Positions 24,607-36,962 of a stretch of 64,000 nt of DNA are shown piece after piece. Each line of letters begins with the position of its first letter. The stretch's first letter is position 1. The notes under the pieces are model-generated. The model made no database searches. It had not been told where the DNA came from and was given only the letters and a program-made list of their open reading frames with translations. Made by a program: the position numbers and the translations under genes. This DNA comes from Eledone cirrhosa (Eukaryota): contig OZ024748.1 in the NCBI GenBank assembly GCA_964016885.1, forward strand, positions 29,884,001 to 29,948,000. The letters run 5' to 3'.

Positions 24607-25738
24607 ATATGAGAGACGTAAAATAAGAAAATTATAAAATTAACTTACTTACTAAAATATCACTTCCAACTAATTAGTTTCTGGAATGGAGTAAATATAT
24701 TTTCCGAAGAAGATATAGAGAAACATTCCGCCGTCAGGGAAGTCTATTCTCAGCTAAGTTTCCAGGCAAAGCGAGGACTCTGGAAACTTATTAAAAAATA
24801 ATTCAGTGGATAGGAAATAGCAAAGCGTGGACTGAATTCCTAGCCATTGAGAAAATCACTGCCTCTGCGTCTGTGGCAAATTCAAAAAGAATCAATCACG
24901 TGACATCGAGGTCAATCAGTGGAAAGTGGTTTGTTAAGAAGACGGCGGCCTGCCTGCTACCATAGCAGCAGTCATGGCCAATATTGCTCGACAAATAATT
25001 TGGAGATAATTATAAAGAATTAATATCTAGTAACATTTATATACATACAGATGCATATCAATGCTAGCAAATATATAGGTTTTGTCTTAGTAACATTGTG
25101 GTTCAATGTATGGGGTTGCAGAACAATAATATGTTACTAAGACAAAACCTATATATTTGCTAGCATTGATATGCATCTGTATGTATATATATGTTACTAG
25201 ATATTAATTCTTTATAATTATCTCCAAATTATTTGTCGAGCAATATTGGCCATGACTGCTGCTATGGTAGTAGGCAGGCCGCTGTCTTATTAGCAAACCA
25301 CTTTCCACTGATTGACCTCGATGTCACGTGATTGATTCTTTTTGAATTTGTCACAGACGCAGAGGCAGTGATTTTCTCAATGGCTAGGAATTCAGTCCAC
25401 GCTTTGCTATTTCCTATCCACTGAATTATTTTTTAATAAGTTTCCAGAGTCCTCGCTTTGCCTGGAAACTTAGCTGAGAATAGATTTCCCTGACGGCGGA
25501 ATGTTTCTCTATATCTTCTTCGGAAAATATATTTACTCCATTCCAGAAACTAATTAGTTGGAAGTGATATTTTAGTAAGTAAGTTAATTTTATAATTTTC
25601 TTATTTTACGTCTCTCATATTATTGTTCTGCAACCCCATGCATTGAACCACAATGTTACTAAGACAAAACCTATATATTTGCTAGCATTGATATGCATCT
25701 GTATGTATATATATGTTACTAGATATTAATTCTTTATA
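24607..25738. mobile_element. Non-autonomous 522-bp HHR-bearing unit: one full inverted copy plus about 1.16 tandem copies
   Basis: TGTTACTAAGAC recurs at 25132 and 25654 (period 522); 24609-25133 is one complete permuted unit on the minus strand; both outer ends run into (TA)n. Confidence 0.85.
25484..25565 (+). ncRNA. Type I HHR (A9G variant); mirror copy at 24662-24743 minus
   Basis: A(U/C)UUCC-CUGACGG-C-GGAAUG...CAUUCC-A-GAAAC(UAAUUA)GUU-GGAAGU; 6-bp stems I and II, palindromic loop III. Confidence 0.7.
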
Positions 25739-25746
25739 TATATATG

Positions 25747-25778
<32 letters not shown>

Positions 25779-25779
<1 letters not shown>

Positions 25780-26125
25780 TGTTATACTTGGGGAGGGTCA
25801 TCTTGTTGTAATAATTGTTTCTACTTTTGGCACAAGGCCAGCAATTATCCAGTGCATTACTGGTACTTTATTTTATCGACCCCGTAAGGATGAAAGGCAA
25901 AGTTAACCTCGGCGGGATTTGAACTCAAACCATAAAGGGGCGTAACTCTTTGCTGCAAAGCATAGCGTCAGACCCTCTACCGATACTGCCAATCCACCTG
26001 TAATAATATTGCCAGAAATAATAGCAGGACACACTCACTGTTTGGTTGGTTTTCACTTTTGTATCTTTCATATCTCCATAGTTAATTTATTTGGCAATCA
26101 ATGTTAAAAAATACAAATATAAATA
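25779..26125 (-). mobile_element. PLE family B tail relic interrupted by a SINE (about 25811-25999)
   Basis: Reverse complement of the 10930-11117 region; SINE flanked by TGTAATAAT duplication at 25807 and 25999. Confidence 0.8.
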
Positions 26126-26225
26126 TATATATATATATATAGTCTATCAAATATATATATATATATATAACATTTATATATATAACATTGAAAAACTGAC
26201 CAAGACTTTTAATTAGATTATATTT

Positions 26226-26317
26226 TAGTTAACGCACGTTTCTTCCTCATCGTAAAACATATGATTAATTATTAGTTAATTAATTATATGAACAAATGAT
26301 TGGATTCATCAGAATTA
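26226..26317 (-). ncRNA. Type I HHR-like motif with an inverted half-copy at 26346-26389
   Basis: Minus strand UAAUU-CUGAUGA-AUCC...GGAA-GAAAC(GUGC)GUU-AACUA. Confidence 0.55.
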
Positions 26318-26389
26318 ATAAAAAATAATGTATATATTTTTTTAAAATTAATTCTGATGAATCCAATCATATAATTAATTAACTAATAA

Positions 26390-27597
26390 CACTTGGTCAA
26401 CAAAATTTTGCTTTTTTTCTGCTGATCTAAGTTTGAGACCTGTTCTCGTGTAATTTGGAGCTGCTGAGTTTAAAAATGACAATACTTTTTTTTTTAATCG
26501 ATGGGCTGATCCATATTAACCCCACCCATACCTACAATAGATATCATAGGTAATAATTTATGTTGATATTTTATTTTTTCTATTTATTCAGATATCTTTT
26601 TATCTATCTAGATACATCTAGATATATAAATATATTATATCTAATAATTATTTTCCCTCTTTTCAGATTGATTTTAAAAAATAACACAGGTGTTCAGTAG
26701 CATGGCTTCATGATGAAGAAAATGTTTGCATTCCTCTGGCTCTTTTTGCTATATATGCAGTAGTTTTACGGTACCAAGTCAAAGAATGAATATTAGTGAA
26801 TTTGTGAAAAGAGCATACTTGGCTTACTTTAAGCTTAAACTGGTTGATCAGGATAAATCGTGGGCCTCGCACAATGTATGTAAATCATGAGTCGAAAATC
26901 TACGCAAATGGACAAAAGGCACAAGGAAACAACTAGCAGCAGACATTCCTATGATATGGCGGGAGCCAAATAACCATGCAGATGGTTGCTGCTCTTGTCC
27001 CACTTAGACTTCTGGTTATAGCAACAAAACTCAACAGAAAATAAGTTACCCAAATCTGGATTCAGTAATTCGTCCCATGCTTCACTCAGATGAAGTTCCA
27101 GTACCCATTTTCACAGAATTGCCTTCACTGGAAGATGATAGTGAAATGTGTGTATCAGATGAACATCATGAACATAATAGTGATACAGACTTTGTAACTA
27201 CAGCATCCAAGGAACGTGAAAAGTTCAACCAAGCAGAACTGAATGATTTAGTTAGAGACTTAGACCTTTCAAAAGATTTATCAGAACTGTTTGCTTCTAG
27301 ACTGCAGAATAGAAACAAATGCTGCAGAAAGAAACAAATGTAACTTTTTATCAGAACAGGGAAAAAGATTTCTTGGCATTCTTTAAAATTGAAAATGATT
27401 TTGTTTACGTTGTGACGTGGCAGGACTGTTAAAAGTGATGGATGCTCTACAGTATGATCTTCATGAATGGAGCCTCTTTATAGATATTTCAAAATGTGTT
27501 TATTCCATAATGGAAACTTGTTAGATGTAATTCCTATTGGTCACTCTGTGCACTTAAAAGAGAAGCATGAAAACATAAAAACTGCATTAGATTTACT
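26390..27597 (+). mobile_element. Chapaev3-type (CMC) DNA transposon relic, 5' half with decayed transposase
   Basis: Starts CAC; from ATG 26702: FCYIC...DQDKSWASHNVCKS*...PMIWREPNNHADGCCSC (Chapa-like Zn finger), ELNDLVRDLDLSK, EWSLFID; many stops and frameshifts. Confidence 0.72.
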
Positions 27598-28394
27598 CGT
27601 GCAACGCCAGGTAATTTAACTAGTTAAAATATAATATAATTAACAGTCTTTGATCTTCTTTTCAATGTAATATTTGCTCTACGGGTGTACTTAAACATCT
27701 AAAATAAAGATTTCATACAAATAGAATATTATGTAGCCTTCCGAGTAGTTTACTGTAATAAATCTCATATTTTGAGCTGTAATAACTTCTTCGCCTACCC
27801 TCATTTGTTTTCTTATTCGAAAACGTTTTATTCGAAATTATATATGTATATAAGTATGCATACGTACACTAGGGCGAGAAATAAAATTCTAATTATATAT
27901 ACAAGACTTAGTCATGCGTGATATTTTTTAATTATCATATAACAAACATTTCTCCGCCCGGCCTGTTTTCTCCTATTCTCCCTTCTTCCCCTTTTTACGC
28001 TTCAGTGTCTTTTTCTATATATTTTCTCCTGTGGCACTCTATTTTTGTGAAATTTGCCTAAAAGCATAAATTGTCTCTACCTGCTTTGTTATGTCCCAAT
28101 GTGCACTGGAATGAACGGTATCGACATTAAAAATATCAAAACCGGAGTGATTTCTAGAGGTTGATTGAGGTGATGGGACTGTCCGGAGCTCAGCCGTCGG
28201 GGTCATGACTCTTTTCCTATATATATATATATATATTCCTATATATATATATATATATATAGCTGAGCTGTAAAAGAGATGTAAAAGTGCCCTCCTGCTG
28301 GTTCCATTTCAATAAATGACCTTTGATGAATATAATGGCAGGATGTTTTATTCTTATCTTATAGCTGAATCAACTATCTTAATTTTATAAAGAA

Positions 28395-29310
28395 CTAGCA
28401 GTAAAGCCCGGCGTTGCTCGGGGTCGCTCAGTAGCAGTGTTAAAGTTACAATGTTAAGTTTCTTTCTTGGCTTAAAAACTATAGTGTCTACTGTGCAGAC
28501 TTGCATGTGGTATTTTTGATTAATATTCCCTCAACCAACAATATGCCTTATGAAGTTAAGAAAACATAACGATAACCCGAATGTTATAACAAAAGAGGAT
28601 GCTGGGGATAGAAACTGCACTGGTTAACAAAGATCGAAAATGTAAACACTGCAACGCAGAGAAAAACATTAGCGTAACCAAATTATCAGTTATGTCTGTC
28701 TGCACGCCTATATCACCTCTCTGCACGACTGTCTGTCTGCACGCCTATATCACCTCTCTGCACGACTGTCAGTCTGCACGCCTATATCACCTCTCTGCAC
28801 GACTGTCTGTCTGCACGCCTATATCACCTCTCTGCACGACTATCTGTCTGCACGCGTATATCACCTCTCTGCACGACTGTCTGTCTGCACGCCTAACGAC
28901 GAAATATTTGCTTGTTTTACGTAGTCTTTAAATAGACTTGTTTTCAAGTAAAAATATTGTTTTAAAATGCTTTTAAATGGAAATGAAGCAAAACGGAAGC
29001 TTAGTGTTCGAACGTGTATTGTGTTAATGTAATTTTAAACGCTGAGAAAGCCAGCGTAATTTTTTACGTAAGACGCTCAATGTAAACAGAACAAAGGGAA
29101 ATAACTGATAACTTACGCTCAAAAATCGATACATTATATTCGATTTCGTCACATAGGGTGGGTCAATTTGAAATTTTTTTTTCCGATGTCTTCGCTAGGG
29201 CTCAATGTACAAGTATAGCAATTTCGGTGCAATTCCGTGAGAGATTCTAAGAGGAGATGTGTGCCAAAAATCGATAGACAGACAGACAACCACAGTTTTA
29301 TATATATAGA
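28395..29310 (-). mobile_element. Complete non-autonomous Helitron
   Basis: Minus strand begins A|TC at 29310 and ends hairpin CCCG-AGCAACGC-CGGG then CTAG|T at 28395; no target duplication seen. Confidence 0.8.
28693..28895. repeat. 37-bp minisatellite, about 5.5 copies, inside the Helitron
   Basis: TGTCTGTCTGCACGCCTATATCACCTCTCTGCACGAC repeated. Confidence 0.95.
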
Positions 29311-29640
29311 TAACTTCAACAATTTTCTACATTAAAGATGAATTTAGGTGTGCGTCTGGTGGTGGTGGTGGGGTTAATGAGGTGTAAAATACGCCTTTTG
29401 ATAAAAATGAGATGACAGCAAAGAGAAAAATAAGGATAGTTTTTGAATATTTGTTGATAGAAATTTATGTTGTTGATATTGGTTTGGGAGGGGAGACAGG
29501 GGGTGGGATTATGCTAGCTAACATATTTACTTCCCTACATGTAAACATACATACAGCCCATATACACACACACGCACACACATATATATATATACACACA
29601 CATATACACATACACACATACATACACTTATCCACACATA

Positions 29641-29672
<32 letters not shown>

Positions 29673-29828
29673 ACGAAGGGAATGTGGTAAGGAACCAGGT
29701 GGACCATAACGCACCAAAGTACTCAATACTTAGGGTAGTAGAGTGGGTAATAGGAACAAGTAAGACCCCGACGGCTGAGCTCAAGCCGTTTCGACGGCTT
29801 GAGCTCAGCCGTCGGGGTCTTACTTGTT

Positions 29829-29833
<5 letters not shown>
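29673..29833 (-). mobile_element. Short HHR-fragment element with fold-back (40-bp arms 29750-29789 and 29794-29833)
   Basis: Carries GAAAC-GGCU-UGAGCUC-AGCC-GUC-GGGG; family copies at about 28186, 37799-37990 and 51425-51484, with a variant at 58021-58193. Confidence 0.75.
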
Positions 29834-29861
<28 letters not shown>

Positions 29862-30014
29862 TAGCCGAATTACCCGCGCCTTGCTGCGTTTCACATTTTT
29901 TTTTTGTAAGAAAATGATGATTGATTTTTAATCAGTGATATAATTTGGGGAGAAAAACTTTGCATTTCAATATTACTCAATGTAAAATGTAATGCATGAA
30001 AAATTGGAAAACAT

Positions 30015-30197
30015 TGGCAGTATCGGTAAAGGGTCTGACGCCAAGCTTTTGCAGTAGAGAGTTACGGCCCTTTATGGTCTGAGTTCAAATCCCGCCGAGG
30101 TTAACTTTGCCTTTCATCCTTACGGAGTCGATAAAATAAAGTACCAGTAATACACTGGATTAATTGCTGGCCTTGCGCCAAAAGTAGAAACAATTAT
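30015..30197 (+). mobile_element. tRNA-SINE with Nin/Deu-like domain
   Basis: Same consensus as 19611-19799. Confidence 0.85.
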
Positions 30198-30959
30198 TTT
30201 TTGCAATATATCAAATCAAAATTAAATTATTAAATCTTATTCTTATTTTGTTTCTTGTAAAACCTTTGTGAATAGGCATCATATCTTGTTATTTACCTAT
30301 GGTTTTAATTTCCTTGCGTATGTTAACAATTTTAAAACAAATATTTGAGTATAAAAATTATGACAATTTTTATATATACTTTTTATACATAGTTTTTTAA
30401 AACACTATTTGTATAATTTTTATCAGTTTTTTAAACGTTTCTTAAACGTTTAAGGGAGACTACTCTCAAATTATTTTCCCTTTGTTTATTTCATTTTGTA
30501 TTACGTCCCTAGCTCCTGCAATTCGTGCACTTATTTATATTTAGAGTTAAACATTAAAAAAAAGTTCATTAGTAACTTTAAAGGACACAACTCCAAAATT
30601 ATTTTAAAGAGTTCTTTCCCTTTATATTTTTATATTTTTTTCAAGTACATTTTCTTTAATTCGTTTTGTTAAGCTGACCCCAAATCCTGGAATTCTTGAA
30701 TTTCCTTCCTTGAAATTTTCAATGTTTCTAAAGCAGATTATATAAACACTGTGATAATTTTTTTAAAGTTTAAGGGAGACAACACAAAAAGTCTTATATC
30801 TTAAATGTTTTACTGAACTGGATATATTTTAACGATCCTTTTCTTTTAAAGGGGCAACAACACTAAAAATATTGGAAAGAGTTAACTCCCTTGGTTTTCT
30901 TTCCGCATTCTTTTTTTTAAACGTAGTTCTCAATATTTTCATATGTGATTTTTTCTTAT

Positions 30960-31235
30960 TCCTGAGAGGGTCGTGGGAGCAAGGTCCTCAAACACTCCTT
31001 GCAGTGGGTCTTGCAGGAAGCTACCGTCTCCAACTGATCCGGTTTGATCCCAAAGCGAGACCAATCAAGCTCGTGGATGTTATCCAACCATCTTGTCGGG
31101 GTTTAACCCTGGGTCCTCTGTCGTTTGGTTTTGCCTGTAAAACCTGTCCAGCGATTCTCTCCTGAGACATTCTAGCCACATGCCCATAGTATCGGACCTG
31201 TGGTCTCTCAATTCGGAAAAATAGCGGCTCTAACT
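30960..31235 (-). mobile_element. RTE-type LINE 3' fragment
   Basis: Minus strand reads GHVARMSQERIAGQVLQAKP..RGPRVKPR, an RTE C-terminal signature. Confidence 0.6.
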
Positions 31236-31289
31236 CGAGTTAAATCCAAATATAAATATATAAATATATGTATATATATATATATATAT

Positions 31290-31896
31290 ATGGTGGCTGC
31301 CAACTCCTTTTCGAGTACGGCCACTACTTTATATCCATGTAGGAGAACCCCTACTGATGCGCTGAACGAGTGTGACTTTTTAGTCCAGCCAGCGACTTGA
31401 AAACTCTGGTACAAACACTACACTTGTGACAATTATTGACACATAGTGCTGGGCCCATGGTACCAAGTGACGACAAGTGCAGAGAGATCTCCAGATATAA
31501 AGCAATGCCTGTGCCGTGAAGCTTTTATAGTGAACAAAGGCACTGCACAAAGCCAGTCCCACTCTCTTAACCAAGATGATATTTACCAAAAAGAAGAACA
31601 AGTCAACATCATTGGATACCATGAGGGTTGCAGGTGTTATATCAGAGTTTTCATTCTCCTAGAATTCTGCCTTGACAAAGGCTAAGGGGTCATCTCTCCC
31701 GGTGATTTTGGATGACCATTGACTCTTAAGAGCTCCTTTGCCCTTTGACAGGTTTTGTTTTTAGTCCTGCAGGATGTCCAAAGTCACCCTCCTCACCAAG
31801 AAACCTTGGTGGGGTTGCCAGTTTAGTCGCCAACGACCCGACTATAAGACAGGTTGTACTGGGATACACGTTACCAGTAGCACCAACTGGTCACCT

Positions 31897-31900
<4 letters not shown>
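31290..31900 (+). repeat. Interspersed repeat; related segments at 49550-49720 (+) and 21200-21370 (-)
   Basis: Shared CCCTCCTCACCAAG...GTTTAGTCGCC.ACGACCC...GTACTGGG block; class not determined. Confidence 0.55.
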
Positions 31901-31946
<46 letters not shown>

Positions 31947-31991
31947 CAGTATGTATATATATATGTATATACACACACACACGCACACACA

Positions 31992-32042
<51 letters not shown>

Positions 32043-32247
32043 CGTTTCTGAATTTATTTAGCAAGATTCTTTATCTGAAATCGTGTGTTGAAACCGATAT
32101 TGTTATACTTTGGGAGGGACATGTTGCCAATAAGAAACACACGCACCAGTTGCTTTCACTTCAATTTATTATATATTTATAAATTTATAAATTTATAAAT
32201 TTCTGGTTGGTTGGTTGGTTCCACAACCAGATAGTTGTTTATATATA

Positions 32248-32290
32248 CTCATAGTTCTTTCGTCACACACTGTGTGACCTCTTCAGTGAC
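32248..32290 (-). ncRNA. Minimal type I HHR (PLE family A)
   Basis: Mirror of 35670-35714 with a shorter stem I. Confidence 0.72.
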
Positions 32291-32562
32291 TGGGGATTCC
32301 TTTCTTTGTTTCTGTGCTTCTCCTTTGTTCTGTCCTACGCCATTTTGTTTCTGTGTGTGTGTTGTGTGCTCAGTCTGCGCATGCGCCACATCCGAGTGTC
32401 TGTGTGAGTTTATATTCGTTTATTTATTTGTTTATTTACATGTTACCGGTTGGTTGTTTGTTCTATGTGCGTGTGTGTTTTCATTTTGTCCTTAATTGTA
32501 AGTTGTGATGTTGCTGTTCCACTCATATTTTCTATTTAATTTTGGTTGTAATTCATTTATGT

Positions 32563-33654
32563 TTATTGCCTCTGTGATTTGTGTGTAGATTCTATTTTTA
32601 TTTCTATGTTCTCTAATTTACCCTTGTGTTCTATCTTAGCATGTTGGTAGAGTACAGATGATTCTTTACTATCTTGAAGGTCTCGCCACTGTTCATTTAT
32701 CCGTTCCCCTACACTACGAGCTGTCTCACCTATGTACACTATATTTTTGTCTCTACATTGTCCTTCAGTACATCTTATGCTATACACTACATTTCTAGTT
32801 TTACAGTTAATATGGGGGCTTATTTTACAGGTTATACATTTCTTATCTATACATGAGGGTCTTTGAAAAGGGTATGTCTTGCTAATAAGTGTTTTTACGG
32901 AGGTACCTGGTCTTTCTACTATCTTAATATTGAGTTTATGTTTATTTAGGGCCCTTCTAAATTTGTAAGCTAATTCACCTCTAGGGGTTGTATTGATGAA
33001 CATTACACTCTGATATTTATTGCTATCATACCATGAGTTTATTCTATTAGCCTTGTTCCTAGTTCTTTCTATTCCATTCCAAAATTTGCTCCTATACAAG
33101 GGGCAGGTCCCATTTATGTCATTATTTACCATTTTTTCCCATTTGGTTCTGGCTCCTCTATACACTCTGATTTTATCTCTCTGATTGTAGCCAAAGAACT
33201 GCATACGGTGGATGAAGTGTTGTATGTGTCTCTCTAGTTCTTCGAGGTTGCACATGCGGGACACATTTCTCATCACCCGTACCAAATCCGCAATCAGTAT
33301 GTTGATTTTGGTATGGTCCGAAATGGCCGAGTTTCGGTGGATCAGATGTTTGGAAGTCATGGGTTTGGCATAATGGGAATGGAGGATTTGTTTTTTGTTG
33401 TTAATGGTATCTAACCAGAGCTCTGTGTCTAGTACAGGTAATCGATGGTTGGGGTGTTTACTTGGGTAGTCTATAGTAACTCTAATGCTCTGGTGGATGG
33501 AGTTTGCTATTTGCTGGATGCTTTCCATTGTGTTTTTCTCTAGTTCCTGACTGTTTTCTAGTGGGGGTGTCTTAACTATGATGTTTATATCATCTACGTA
33601 GCGGGAGTACATTATCAGGGTTAAGGGGTCTTCTAATTGTTCTTTAAGTTTAAG
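32563..33654 (-). pseudogene. Inverted partial PLE RT C-terminus plus GIY-YIG
   Basis: Near-identical to 34285-35469 with a short frameshifting deletion near 32580. Confidence 0.88.
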
Positions 33655-33655
33655 A

Positions 33656-35469
33656 CTGTCCTACTTCCTCTCCCTGATCATACGCCCCATCATTGAAATG
33701 TCCCCAGATGTATGTGACAGCACGGAGGACCTCCTCAGCAGAATCGGCGTGAGTAACCGATCCGGGGACCTAACAAACTGCATAATAGGCAGTATGGATG
33801 TTGTGTCCCTGTATCCATCTATTGACGTGGATTTTGCTGTGGAGAAATGCGTAGAAATGATCAGTGAGAGCAAGGTTGAGTTCCGTGGGATTGATACCAG
33901 TGAGCTGGGACTCCTACTTAAGCTTACCTATAGTAATAGTTACCTAGACACATATGACCTTAGCAACCTGTGCCCTACAAGACCAGCAAGAGGCAGACCA
34001 CCTACCATTACCTCAATGGCCAAGAAAACCCACACAGATAGATGGAACGGGTGGACCAGAGCCATACGGACACCCGAAAACCACGACGAACTGAAGAAAA
34101 TGATTGCACATGCGGTAGGGGCCAGCATAAAACTAACCCTTAAGGAACATATGTTCAAATTTAATGGAAAAACATATGCCCAAGAGGGTTAGTATTGCAG
34201 GCGACATAGCTAACAGCCATTGGTGTTAGTATTGCAGGCGACATAGCTAACTTATTCATGGTATGGTGGGATAGTAGACTTAAACTTAAACTTAAAGAAC
34301 AATTAGAAGACCCCTTAACCCTGATAATGTACTCCCGCTACGTAGATGATATAAACATCATAGTTAAGACACCCCCACTAGAAAACAGTCAGGAACTAGA
34401 GAAAAACACAATGGAAAGCATCCAGCAAATAGCAAACTCCATCCACCAGAGCATTAGAGTTACTATAGACTACCCAAGTAAACACCCCAACCATCGATTA
34501 CCTGTACTAGACACAGAGCTCTGGTTAGATACCATTAACAACAAAAAACAAATCCTCCATTCCCATTATGCCAAACCCATGACTTCCAAACATCTGATCC
34601 ACCGAAACTCGGCCATTTCGGACCATACCAAAATCAACATACTGATTGCGGATTTGGTACGGGTGATGAGAAATGTGTCCCGCATGTGCAACCTCGAAGA
34701 ACTAGAGAGACACATACAACACTTCATCCACCGTATGCAGTTCTTTGGCTACAATCAGAGAGATAAAATCAGAGTGTATAGAGGAGCCAGAACCAAATGG
34801 GAAAAAATGGTAAATAATGACATAAATGGGACCTGCCCCTTGTATAGGAGCAAATTTTGGAATGGAATAGAAAGAACTAGGAACAAGGCTAATAGAATAA
34901 ACTCATGGTATGATAGCAATAAATATCAGAGTGTAATGTTCATCAATACAACCCCTAGAGGTGAATTAGCTTACAAATTTAGAAGGGCCCTAAATAAACA
35001 TAAACTCAATATTAAGATAGTAGAAAGACCAGGTACCTCCGTAAAAACACTTATTAGCAAGACATACCCTTTTCAAAGACCCTCATGTATAGATAAGAAA
35101 TGTATAACCTGTAAAATAAGCCCCCATATTAACTGTAAAACTAGAAATGTAGTGTATAGCATAAGATGTACTGAAGGACAATGTAGAGACAAAAATATAG
35201 TGTACATAGGTGAGACAGCTCGTAGTGTAGGGGAACGGATAAATGAACACTGGCGAGACCTTCAAGATAATAAAGAATCATCTGTACTCTACCAACATGC
35301 TAAGATAGAACACAAGGGTAAATTAGAGAACATAGAAATAAAAATAGAATCTACACACAGAAAAGACGCAATGTTTAGACAAATTACAGAGGCAATAAAC
35401 ATAAAAGAATTACAACCAAAATTAAATAGAAAATATGAGTGGAACAGCAACATCACAACTTACAATTAA
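33656..35469 (+). pseudogene. 5'-truncated PLE RT/GIY-YIG ORF broken by a short internal duplication near 34188-34215
   Basis: GSMDVVSLYPSI, YSRYVDD, CIDKKCITC, YIGET; GTTAGTATTGCAGGCGACATAGCTAAC occurs twice. Confidence 0.88.
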
Positions 35470-35669
35470 GGACAAAATGAAAACACACACACACATAGAA
35501 CAAACAACCAACCAGTAACATGTAAATAAACAAATAAATAAATGAACATAAACACACACAGACACCCGGATGTGGCGCATGCGCAGACTGAGCACACAAC
35601 ACACACACAGAAACAAAATGGCGTAGGACAGAACAAAGGAGATGCACAGAAACAAAGAAAGGAATCCCC

Positions 35670-35714
35670 AGTCACTGAAGAGGTCACAGAGTGTGTGACG
35701 AAAGAACTATGACT
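35670..35714 (+). ncRNA. Minimal type I HHR (PLE family A)
   Basis: AGUCA-CUGAAGA-G-GUCACA(GAGUG)UGUGAC-GAAAG(AA)CUA-UGACU; 5-bp stem I. Confidence 0.8.
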
Positions 35715-36039
35715 ATATATAAACAACTATCTGGTTGTGGAACCAACCAACCAACCAGAAATTTATAAATTTATAAATTTATAAATATATAATAAATTGA
35801 AGTGAAAGCAACTGCTGCGTGTGTTTTTCCTATTGGCAACATGACCCTCCCAAAGTATAACAATATATATATATATTATAGGGTAAAATGACAGGAGGCC
35901 CAACCACCAGCACTATTCAACATCAAAGAGTTGCATAACGTCGAGTGCTTTCATAATATTACATCATGATTTACTTGGAGGAAAGACCAATTCTACCCAG
36001 TGGTGAACCACCAACTTACCAGAGCGAAAATGAAACAAT

Positions 36040-36285
36040 GCAAGGTAAAGAATGCGGGGACTCTCAATGCGAAACTTGTGAATACATTGAAGAGGGTGGG
36101 AAAATCTCTTTTAAAAACTATCAGATTTTCAAAGTTAATGCAAACATGAATTGCAAAACAAAAAAACTTAATTTTCTGTGCAACCTGCCCATAATGTAAA
36201 GAATACTACATTGGTGAAACCGGAACGGGTCTACATGAGAGAGTTCGTGTACATAAACAACAAATTAGAGACCCCTCTGTCAGAA
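36040..36285 (+). pseudogene. GIY-YIG fragment of a Neptune-type PLE
   Basis: CGDSQCETC...MNCKTK then frameshifted CKEYYIGETGTGLHERVRVHKQQI. Confidence 0.75.
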
Positions 36286-36906
36286 ACACCATTAAAAATG
36301 GATGCAGCGATCCCGTGAGTGGTGTCACCCATACCAAGCGGTTCCACGGGGTGCTTGAGACGAATGGATACCCAGCATCATTTACAAGCAGAGTAAAGGA
36401 CACCAGACGCAAGAGGCAGAGAAACACCCAAGACAAGTGCTTCCTTAAAATCCCGCATCTGAGCGAGAAAACCACCAACGCTTTGAGGGAGGGCCTCGAC
36501 ATCCACTTGGCCCACTCGGGGCCCTCCCTACGGAGATGCCTCTCCAGGAAACCCGAGAAATTGGTTGACGCGTGTTCCCTCAGCAACTCTCCGATGCGCC
36601 AAACAATCTCTTGCTTACGCACGTACGTTGTATACAAGGTAGAATGTGGCAAGTAACGACTTCGACATTGGTAGCACTATCTGGCCACTACATGTCCGGA
36701 TCAAGGAGCACATCAACACTAGGGCCTCGTCTTTCGGGAAACACATAATCAAATGCGGAAACAAAGACGGAAGGCCCATTGTCACAGTGTTAGCGACGGA
36801 ACGCAACGTCGGCACTTTAAGAATCAAGGAAGCACTCTGGATCAAACGTTTCGGACCACAAATAAATAACCGATCCGAGAGAAGTGAGATGAGATGGCTG
36901 GTGTAA
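36286..36906 (+). pseudogene. RT thumb plus GIY-YIG fragment of a different PLE lineage
   Basis: LETNGYP...LKIPHL...VVYKVEC, frameshift, IGSTIWPLHVRIKEH...IKEALWIKRFGPQIN. Confidence 0.78.
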
Positions 36907-36962
36907 ACAAATGAAACCACAACACACATACACAGTGTCAATCGAGCGATTATTATTGTGTA

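Larger units (their letters stand above)
32041..35866. mobile_element. PLE family A copy 2: two-headed insertion (minus arm 32041-33654, plus arm 33656-35866)
   Basis: About 1.55-kb near-identical inverted arms; ORFs 32563..33612(-), 33698..34192(+), 34258..35469(+); both 3' ends face outward into (TA)n. Confidence 0.93.
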
